From an uncultured Candidatus Saccharibacteria bacterium (lineage in GTDB: Bacteria > Patescibacteriota > CPR2 > UBA1875 > CAIMLA01), in the NCBI GenBank assembly GCA_964594415.1, contig CAZQLQ010000001.1, positions 159,265 through 223,264 of the forward strand: a DNA stretch of 64,000 bases, given 5' to 3'. This document shows, piece after piece, positions 56,886 to 64,000 of the stretch. Position 1 is the first letter of the stretch, and each line of letters begins with the position of its first letter. Below the pieces are notes generated by a model, which worked only from the letters and a program-made list of their open reading frames with translations, did no database searches and was not told the origin of the DNA. A program made the translations under genes and the position numbers.

Positions 56886-58511
56886 TTATGTTAGCCGGCC
56901 ATTTATTAATTCTATTGTTCGGTTTGGACGGATAGAGTCTATGAAATCTCTGTCGTGTGAAACAACGACGAAGGTTTCGGGATAAGTCTGAAGGGCTTTT
57001 TCTAGCTCTTCGATAGCTGGGATGTCCAGATGGTTTGTCGGTTCATCCAGGAGAAGTAAATTGGTGTTTTTATAGACTAGTGTTGCAAGAAGCAGTCTGG
57101 CACGTTCCCCAGGACTTAGACTCTTACCTTTTTGTTGGAGCTTTTCTTGGTCGAAGTTGAAGCTATGCAAGATGGTTCGCAACCTAGAGTCGTCGATAGG
57201 GCCGTCTTCTGAGGCAAGCTTCTTGGCGTTCTCGAGGGCTGAGATTTCTTCGTCAGGCAAACTCTTAAATTGGTCTATGAGGCCAATTTTCACTCCGTTC
57301 CCGAAACGAACATCTCCTTCTTCTGGGCTTTGCACTCCTTCGATAATCCGCAGTAGAGTCGTCTTACCACTGCCATTTGGGCCAGTGATTACGATTCGAT
57401 TTCCTCGCTCAATCATGAGATCGAGCGGACCGACATCGATCTTGGGATAATGGATTGTAACGTTTTTAAGCTCGACTAGAATATTGCTCACTTCGCCCTG
57501 GTGTCCGCTGAAGGCAAACTTCAGATTGATCTCTTTGAGCGGTTTCTGCGGTATCGCTAGCTGTTCTTCGCGAGTAGCTGTAGCTTTGGCGGTTGCAGAC
57601 AATCTACCTGCAGCCTTCTCTTTGGCCGAGTTTCTTCCTAACTTTTCAGTATCCGAAGCTTTCGAATTTGAATCTGCTCTCCTGGCTTCGTTGTGCAGTC
57701 TGCGACTTGTATCGCTTAGTCTTTTTCTCTCTTCCAGATATCTTTCGTAAGCCTCTTTCACTGATTTTTTTTGCGCTTCCCTCGCTTCTAAATATTCTTC
57801 GTATCCAAGCGAGTAGAGATCGATTCTAGATCCATCCGAGAGTAGTTCGGCAATTTTGGTCGTAACTGTTTTAAGCATTCGTCTGTCGTGAGTAACAATT
57901 ACAACAGCCGAGTTTGTGGAAAGCAGGAACGCTTCAAGAATCTCGATGCCTTCTAGATCCAAGTCGTTAGTCGGCTCGTCTAGCAAAAGAATGTCGAACT
58001 GCGACATAAGAATGGCCGCCAGCATTACGCGCTTGCGTTCACCGCCTGATAGGGTGCTGACAGGCTGTTCCAACAGACGAGTGTCGAGGGTAATTTTCTG
58101 CAATACTTTTTGAAGCCTCGTATCGAATGAATAAGTTCCAAGGTGTTCAACTTTTTCCATTGCTTGTTCGAGTCGGGAAAGAGATTCTTTGCTGGCATCA
58201 ACTTTCTCAGAAGCTTGTTCGAACTCAAGCTCGGCATCCATTATGCCAGTGAGCTTTTTGATGAATTCAACAACAGGTAGTTCGAGATGTTCTCTCGGTT
58301 CTTGAGGAAGGTAACCAACTATTAGATTGTCTCTGATTACTTTTCCAGACGACGGAAGGATTTCTCCAGCAATGATGCGGAGCAACGTGGTTTTTCCGGT
58401 TCCGTTAGGACCGATAAGTCCGATTCTTTCGCCCTCATTTATGATAAGCGAAATTCCTTTTAGAACCTCTCTAGTCTCATATTCGAATCGTACGTCGTCT
58501 ACTTTCAGCAT
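56886..58511 (-). CDS. ABC-F family ATPase
   Basis: Two ABC domains (GPNGTGKT/LSGGE/LLLDEPTN; GPNGSGKT/LSPGE/LLLDEPTNHLD), no TM; AGGAGGTG RBS. Confidence 0.93.
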   Translation of the reverse strand: MLKVDDVRFEYETREVLKGISLIINEGERIGLIGPNGTGKTTLLRIIAGEILPSSGKVIRDNLIVGYLPQEPREHLELPVVEFIKKLTGIMDAELEFEQASEKVDASKESLSRLEQAMEKVEHLGTYSFDTRLQKVLQKITLDTRLLEQPVSTLSGGERKRVMLAAILMSQFDILLLDEPTNDLDLEGIEILEAFLLSTNSAVVIVTHDRRMLKTVTTKIAELLSDGSRIDLYSLGYEEYLEAREAQKKSVKEAYERYLEERKRLSDTSRRLHNEARRADSNSKASDTEKLGRNSAKEKAAGRLSATAKATATREEQLAIPQKPLKEINLKFAFSGHQGEVSNILVELKNVTIHYPKIDVGPLDLMIERGNRIVITGPNGSGKTTLLRIIEGVQSPEEGDVRFGNGVKIGLIDQFKSLPDEEISALENAKKLASEDGPIDDSRLRTILHSFNFDQEKLQQKGKSLSPGERARLLLATLVYKNTNLLLLDEPTNHLDIPAIEELEKALQTYPETFVVVSHDRDFIDSIRPNRTIELINGRLT

Positions 58512-58599
58512 TACTTATCACCTCCTTTATTTATAATAACAAGGTACGCAACTGACATCAACCGAGTTCCTGCATTTTACAATAAAAAGCTATTTTTGT

Positions 58600-59808
58600 C
58601 TAGGTACACTTAGTGTTGTAATATTTTATAAAAGCAGAGATTCCATAAGGATCTTTGCTATAAACTTCGCCGTTAAATAAGTAAGCGCAGGCTTGGCATT
58701 CGGCTAATCCTTGTTTCCGAAAGTTAATAAAAGTCTCATTTTCTCGCCAATTCTTTACAAAGTTTTTATCAAATAAAGGCAGGTCTTCCTTTTTGTAATA
58801 ATCGGCTTCGTATAACAAGGCGCACGGCAACATATAGCCGTCTACGTCGATAGTTAGACCGCTAACTCCGGCGCGACAAACATCTCTCTTTACCCCCCTT
58901 AGGAATCCCTCGATTGCTGCGTTGGTAACGCCTGTCTTGACACCTTTTTGCTGTAGAGCGTATATCTCCATAATAAAATCAAAATATTTTTCTGGCTCAA
59001 TTACTAGGTCTTGATGCGAGCCTTTGAACGGCTTGAATAAATTGAAGTTGCAAGGACAGTCATGCTCCTGTGCAAATTCAATTAATTTTTTGTAATTTGG
59101 ATAGTTAAAATTGTTTAGAGTGCAGGAAATCTCGACATAAAAACCTTCTTTGCGGAGCTTGCTGATCGATTTCTCTACCTTTTCGAAGACTCCTTTTCCT
59201 CTAATCTCGTCGTTTATTTCTTTTATTCCTTCAAGGCTGACCAGGAAGGCTGGTTTGTTCTCCAATTTTTTTAATTTTTCGATAGTATCGTCATCTATTA
59301 ATGTGGCGTTTGTAATAATATTTACAGCGAATCCGTAATAATCGCAGGCTCTTTCTATGATTTTCATTGCGTCTTCGTGGAGAAAGATTTCTCCGCCGAC
59401 AAGATTGAGCATAAAAACTTTCTCTTTTGCCAGTAATGAAAGCCTATGGTCTATTTTCTCATAGCTAAGCAGTTTTGTGTAATCACCCTGAAAGCAGTGT
59501 TTGCATCTTAGATTGCAAGTGTTGCTGACCTGTATTTCTCCAGAAAGGGGAGTGTCAAAATAGTCTTTGTCTGGTACGGGATAGCTTAGCTGATCTTCTT
59601 TTAGGCTTTGCTTTATGTCTTCCAAGAAAGATTGTAGCTTCTCGGCATCTATCTTCAGCTCTTTTGATATTTCTTCAGCCGATTCCTCCATGTTGAAAAA
59701 CAGGTCTAGAATCCTAGACCCATCTTCGTTCACAAATACCAATTTCCTTATTTCCGGGAAAAAGGCTACCGTGTAGTCAGCATCTTTTCTTAATACTACT
59801 GTTTTCAC
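58600..59808 (-). CDS. Radical SAM/SPASM protein with PqqD/RRE-like N-terminus
   Basis: CNLRCKHC, GGE, TN.TL, VSLEG, CRAG...ID.DG...PC, CQAC. Confidence 0.9.
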   Translation of the reverse strand: MKTVVLRKDADYTVAFFPEIRKLVFVNEDGSRILDLFFNMEESAEEISKELKIDAEKLQSFLEDIKQSLKEDQLSYPVPDKDYFDTPLSGEIQVSNTCNLRCKHCFQGDYTKLLSYEKIDHRLSLLAKEKVFMLNLVGGEIFLHEDAMKIIERACDYYGFAVNIITNATLIDDDTIEKLKKLENKPAFLVSLEGIKEINDEIRGKGVFEKVEKSISKLRKEGFYVEISCTLNNFNYPNYKKLIEFAQEHDCPCNFNLFKPFKGSHQDLVIEPEKYFDFIMEIYALQQKGVKTGVTNAAIEGFLRGVKRDVCRAGVSGLTIDVDGYMLPCALLYEADYYKKEDLPLFDKNFVKNWRENETFINFRKQGLAECQACAYLFNGEVYSKDPYGISAFIKYYNTKCT

Positions 59809-59825
59809 GATAATTTAGATTTTCT

Positions 59826-60017
59826 TTAATCTTTTTTCCGTTTTTGTGACTTTGTTTTTGGCCTCAAACTCTTGAACGCAAGGCTTGCCGCCGCAGCTTC
59901 GGAAGCAACATCCAGTCTCGCTATTTTCAGTGCTCTTTTTGATAACCTTAGGTTCCATCTTTTTGTCCCCCAATTAATTATTGGCCGTATTGTATCTTTG
60001 AAATCTTTTGTTGTCAA
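59826..60017 (-). CDS. 63-aa basic peptide upstream of the radical SAM gene
   Basis: Same strand, ends 17 nt before the rSAM start; TTG start with weak RBS. Confidence 0.45.
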   Translation of the reverse strand: MTTKDFKDTIRPIINWGTKRWNLRLSKRALKIARLDVASEAAAASLAFKSLRPKTKSQKRKKD

Positions 60018-60243
60018 TAGTAATTTTCAGGTGAATACTTTCGCTACCCTTTATCATTTAGTCAAAGCGAAAATTCTTGAGGTCTATTACTTTTGGGTAA
60101 GCAGAGCGAGTATGAGAGGACTCTCGTTTTTTTGTTGAGGAAGGGTGTTTTTTGTGCTATAATCACGCCGGAATGTAAGGAGGATTCTACTATCTTGTAG
60201 ATTCCTTTTCGTTTAGGAACTGAAAAATAAAGGGGGTTACTAC

Positions 60244-60489
60244 GTGCTGGTAATCAGAAAAGTACTTGTCAAGATGTTCGGTTGGAAGCCGGTAGTAAAA
60301 AAGACGCATATCTTTGAGTGCTACGAAGCCGGTTCCCATAACGGGTTTTCATTGTGCGGAATATATGTTTCCGATAAGGATTCCTTAAGTGAAAAAGACG
60401 CAAAAGAATTAACGGGTAAAGAAGCGTCTACTTGCAAGAAGTGCGAAAAGATTTTGGAAAAAAGGCTCAAGGATGAGAAAAAGCAATAA
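60244..60489 (+). CDS. Small Zn-finger-like protein, paralog family C
   Basis: TH.F...SLCG...CKKCEKIL. Confidence 0.75.
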   Translation: MLVIRKVLVKMFGWKPVVKKTHIFECYEAGSHNGFSLCGIYVSDKDSLSEKDAKELTGKEASTCKKCEKILEKRLKDEKKQ

Positions 60490-60503
60490 AGGAGGGATAT
60501 CTG

Positions 60504-60728
60504 ATGTACGTTGAATGGAAAACATTTGCAAGAATTTCTGGCAGTGATCTGGTTGTGAGAAAAACACATGCATTTGGGCCGCGTGGAAGATTGTGTTCGT
60601 GTTGCGGTCTTGTGGCGAGATCGAATGAAATGATACATGAACAAGTAGCCAGGGATGTGCTAAAGAAGCCGCCCAAAAGATGCAAAAAATGCGAAGCTGC
60701 CGTGAAGAAATTGCGCAAGCAAAGATAA
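60504..60728 (+). CDS. Small Zn-finger-like protein, paralog family C
   Basis: TH.F...SCCG...VLKKP..RCKKCE. Confidence 0.75.
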   Translation: MYVEWKTFARISGSDLVVRKTHAFGPRGRLCSCCGLVARSNEMIHEQVARDVLKKPPKRCKKCEAAVKKLRKQR

Positions 60729-60768
60729 GCCAAAAAGCAGAAAATTGACGGCAAAGGAGGGATATCTG

Positions 60769-61029
60769 ATGAATTACGAAGCAAGAGTTCTTGTGAGGAT
60801 TTCCAGTTGGGAACTAATAGTTGGCAGGTCGCATTTAGTAACCGGGCAATATAACAATTATTCTCTTTGTGGACAACACTTGGGTTCAGGTAAATCGCTG
60901 AGCGAAAACGAAGCAAAGAGAGTGCTCAAAAAGCCGGTTGTCAGATGTAAGACATGCGAGAAAATCCTCGCAAAGAAAAAAGCCGAAGAAAAAGAACAGG
61001 CAAAGAAAAACAGAGCCAAAAGAGGCTGA
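60769..61029 (+). CDS. Small Zn-finger-like protein, paralog family C
   Basis: SH....SLCG...VLKKP..RCKTCEKIL. Confidence 0.75.
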   Translation: MNYEARVLVRISSWELIVGRSHLVTGQYNNYSLCGQHLGSGKSLSENEAKRVLKKPVVRCKTCEKILAKKKAEEKEQAKKNRAKRG

Positions 61030-61138
61030 TCTTAAAGAGCTAATATCAAAAGGTATTTCAACATTCACTATCTAATCACCAAAGCCCACCCGAGGTAGCA
61101 ATATTGCTTCCAAGGGTGGGTTTTTACTTTGGTACTTT

Positions 61139-61405
61139 TGTCACTCTGAGCGAAGTCGAAGAGTCTAGAGATCCTTCACTACGTTCAGGATGACATTGTA
61201 TTTATTGTTCGAGCAGCGAGAGAACCATTTTATTGAAAACTTCTCACTCCGTTCGAAGAATAAAATCCACGTCATCCCGAGCTTGTCGAGGGATCTCGGT
61301 CTTATAGATCCTTCGAATCGCTCCGCTCCCTCAGGATGACAAATAGTATATCGTTCGGGGCGAAGCAGAGAGATAGGTAGATCCCCGCGTCCGCGAGGAT
61401 GACAT
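61139..61405. repeat. Palindromic repeat cluster
   Basis: gtcactctgagcgaagtcgaagagtct; gatccttc..caggatgaca; gtcatcccgagcttgtcgagggatct; gatccccgcgtccgcgaggatgaca. Confidence 0.9.
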
Positions 61406-61446
61406 AAAATCTCGTAATTTTCTCATTTTTGTGCTAAAATTACGCA

Positions 61447-61965
61447 ATGAAAATGCCACAAAAACTTTTTACCGAACATTTGCTATTAAGGCCAGTCTCT
61501 CCAAAGTATTCGAGAGAAGTATTCACGAATTTTACCGACGAAGTAACGGCTATGATGTATCCTTCTACTCCTAAGGAAGAGCAAGAGACAATTGATTATC
61601 TTGTTGAAGCAGAAGAAAAGATGAGAGAAGGTATAAATTATCAAGTGTTAATTTTTCTTAAAGACACGGATGAATTTATAGGAGGAGCAGGAGTTCATCA
61701 TATTGACACTAAAACTCCTGAGTTTGGAATTTGGATAAAAAAATCTGCTCAAGGGCATAAATATGGTAGAGAAGCAGTTGTGGGACTAAAAGACTGGGCA
61801 GATAAGAATCTAGAGTATGATTATTTAAGATACCCGGTAGTAACTAGCAATACACCTAGTAGAAAAATTCCGGAGTTTCTCGGTGGAAAAGAAGTAAATG
61901 AATTTGATACAGAAAAGCAGGACGGAACTATAATGAAAATGGTAGAATATTATATTTTTAAATAG
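61447..61965 (+). CDS. GNAT N-acetyltransferase (RimJ/RimL-like)
   Basis: TE.LLLRP, FIG..G, EFG.WI....QG..YG.EA, N..S.KI.E.LG. Confidence 0.9.
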   Translation: MKMPQKLFTEHLLLRPVSPKYSREVFTNFTDEVTAMMYPSTPKEEQETIDYLVEAEEKMREGINYQVLIFLKDTDEFIGGAGVHHIDTKTPEFGIWIKKSAQGHKYGREAVVGLKDWADKNLEYDYLRYPVVTSNTPSRKIPEFLGGKEVNEFDTEKQDGTIMKMVEYYIFK

Positions 61966-61969
61966 CATC

Positions 61970-62230
61970 TATTGTTCGAATAAAATGAGAACTATTTTTA
62001 CTACAGACTTCTCTCTACGTTCGAAGAATAAAAATTGTCATTCTGAGCTTGTCGAAGAATCTAATCTGTTTTCTGCCACTTTTCCTTGATGAAAAGTGAC
62101 TCAAAAATCAAGAAAAACTGAACTCCTTTTTAAAAGATTATCCTTTTTTCGATATTCTGTAAGGTTTTCCTACAAGGAATAACTTTTTAAAATAGTCGGG
62201 CTACCGAGCCGAACAGTTTTTCGGGGGATA
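61970..62230. repeat. Palindromic repeat cluster including second copy of the long element
   Basis: tattgttcga..tcgaagaata; gtcattctgagcttgtcgaagaatct; caaaaatcaagaaaaactgaactc...gtcgggctaccgagccgaacagtttttcgg. Confidence 0.88.
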
Positions 62231-62295
62231 GAACTACCTCGCAAAAGTTGCATTTTTGTGCTAAAATAGGTGCACTTTAACTATTGGAGGACTTT

Positions 62296-62901
62296 ATGGA
62301 AAACATACAAAGTCAAATACTTATACCAACTGTAATTCAGAAAACTTACGCCGGCGAGCGGGCGTTTGACATATATTCGAGACTTCTTGAGGATAGAATA
62401 ATCTTCCTCGGGACGCCGATCGACGATAACGTCGCAAACCTTATCATCGCTCAGCTTTTGTACTTAGAGAGCGTAGATACCAAGAAAGATATATCGCTGT
62501 ATATCAACAGTCCCGGCGGGAGCGTAAGCTCGGCTCTCGCAATCTACGATACTATCCAACTCGTTAAACCGCATGTTTCGACTATTTGCGTAGGGCTTGC
62601 AGCTAGTGCCGCCGCCTTAATTCTTACCGCTGGTGAAAAGGGCAAGAGATTAACTCTCCCAAATTCCCGCATAATGATCCATCAGCCGATCGTTTCCGGT
62701 ATGGAGGGGCAGGTAACTGACATTGAGATTCATGCGAGAGAACTTCTGAGAACGAAAAAACAATTAAATGAGATTTTATCGAAGCATACGGGTCAGAAAA
62801 TCGAAAAGATTAACGTCGACGTTGAGCGTGATTACTTTATGACTGCAGAAGAGGCGAAGAAATATGGTCTCATCGACAGTATAATAGAAAAGAATAAATA
62901 A
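62296..62901 (+). CDS. clpP: ATP-dependent Clp protease proteolytic subunit
   Basis: [42 protein letters not shown]...EA..YGLID. Confidence 0.97.
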   Translation: MENIQSQILIPTVIQKTYAGERAFDIYSRLLEDRIIFLGTPIDDNVANLIIAQLLYLESVDTKKDISLYINSPGGSVSSALAIYDTIQLVKPHVSTICVGLAASAAALILTAGEKGKRLTLPNSRIMIHQPIVSGMEGQVTDIEIHARELLRTKKQLNEILSKHTGQKIEKINVDVERDYFMTAEEAKKYGLIDSIIEKNK

Positions 62902-63106
62902 CATCTGATTATTCTTGACAAAACCGCTGAAATAATGTAAATTTTGTATTACACGGCTTTAGAGCAAGCCGCAATCTTATGTTGTGGTTTAGAATTTTGG
63001 CTTGTTTTAAACAAAACTGCGGGGCAGTAAATCGCTTACAATGTGAATAGTAAACAACTCCTGTGAAATTTTATTGATTAATTAAATATAAGGAGCAAGT
63101 ATTTTT

Positions 63107-64000
63107 ATGGCAAAAGAACCGCTTGCGTTTGCGTCCACTTCAACAACTGGTCGCAAATATGTGAACCCAGAACCTTATGTACTTCAGTTACCAAATCTAA
63201 AAGAAGTACAAACGGACAGCTTTAAATGGTTTATCCGAGAAGGATTGGCCGAACTGTTTGAAGAAATCTCCCCGATAGAGGATTATACCGGCAAAGTAAT
63301 GGGACTAACCTTCAAGGATTATTATCTTGGCGAACCTAAGTATTCCGAAAAAGTTGCAAAGGAAAGAAAAGTAACCTATGAAGCACCTCTAAAGGTAAAT
63401 ATTGAACTAAAGAATAAAGATACCGGCAAGACCCGAACTCAAGAAGTTTTCTTGGGTGATATTCCTGTCATGACCGATAACGGCAGCTTTATTATAAATG
63501 GAGTAGAAAGAGTTGTCGTGAGCCAATTAGTCCGTTCATCGGGTGTTTTCTTCACTTCAGAAGACAACAACGGCACCTCGCTTTTTGGGGCAAAGGTAAT
63601 TCCTGGTCGTGGTGCTTGGCTTGAGATAGAAACATCTCCACAGGATGGTCTTTATGCAAAAATTGACCGGAAACGTAAATTTCCTGTGACTACGCTTTTG
63701 CGTGCTTTTGGTTATGATACAAACGAAAGTATCATTAATCTTTTTCGTGACGTAAACACTAACAAGGAAAGAGATTACATCAAAAACACTTTGGAAAGAG
63801 ATTCTGCCACAACTGCGGGAGAGGCTTTTATAGAAGTATATAAGAGAATGAGGCCCGGCGATCTTGCTACCGTAGAAAACGCAAAAAATTTTGTCGAAGG
63901 AACTTTTTTTGACGTTAAAAAGTATGATTTGTCCAGAGTGGGCCGTTACAAAGTTAATAAAAGGCTTGAGCTTGATGTCGAGAATATCAGAGAAAATCGG
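63107..64000 (+). CDS. rpoB: RNA polymerase beta subunit, 5' partial (runs off window)
   Basis: AAGGAG RBS with ATG 63107; LPNL.EVQ.DSF.WF..GL.E.F.EISPI.DY, GDIP.MT..GSFIING.ERVVVSQL.RS.GV. Confidence 0.96.
   Translation, partial: MAKEPLAFASTSTTGRKYVNPEPYVLQLPNLKEVQTDSFKWFIREGLAELFEEISPIEDYTGKVMGLTFKDYYLGEPKYSEKVAKERKVTYEAPLKVNIELKNKDTGKTRTQEVFLGDIPVMTDNGSFIINGVERVVVSQLVRSSGVFFTSEDNNGTSLFGAKVIPGRGAWLEIETSPQDGLYAKIDRKRKFPVTTLLRAFGYDTNESIINLFRDVNTNKERDYIKNTLERDSATTAGEAFIEVYKRMRPGDLATVENAKNFVEGTFFDVKKYDLSRVGRYKVNKRLELDVENIRENR

Noticed and set aside
47165-62230. CRISPR array
   Set aside because: Repeats are irregularly spaced, in both orientations, of several families, with no uniform spacers or cas genes

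Overview
AT-rich bacterial chromosomal window. Gene content and style suggest a CPR/Patescibacteria-like genome (inference). Housekeeping genes include rplS-rnhB-yraN, nusA-clpC-PIN/TRAM-murB-mpg, a class A PBP, tyrS-recG-comEA, tRNA-Leu, cobB, trxA-tig, clpP and the 5' part of rpoB. Three unusual blocks stand out. (1) A ~17 kb, tightly coupled operon (2472-19585) encodes a TPR protein, a 2571-aa secreted NHL/Ig-like surface protein, an FN3 membrane protein, a MacB/LolCDE-type ABC pair and divergent F-ATPase b, delta, alpha, gamma, beta and epsilon subunits. The giant protein's last ~69 aa look like an ATP synthase subunit-c hairpin lacking the ion-binding carboxylate. No subunit a and no free subunit c are present. 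This is a candidate ion-uncoupled, ATP-driven rotary or mechanical machine attached to a giant adhesin, and it is the top finding. (2) After tRNA-Leu, a ~10 kb array of orphan genes is punctuated by repeated terminator+promoter modules and includes a 7-member paralog family. (3) A ~15 kb island between tig and clpP is dense in GTCAT...ATGAC palindromic repeats. It carries candidate defence genes (MazG-like/DUF2075/HNH; SDH protease trio; nuclease plus convergent sRNA), an ABC-F, a radical SAM enzyme with a small upstream peptide, and tandem Zn-finger paralogs. All calls come from motif recognition by eye; no database search was run.
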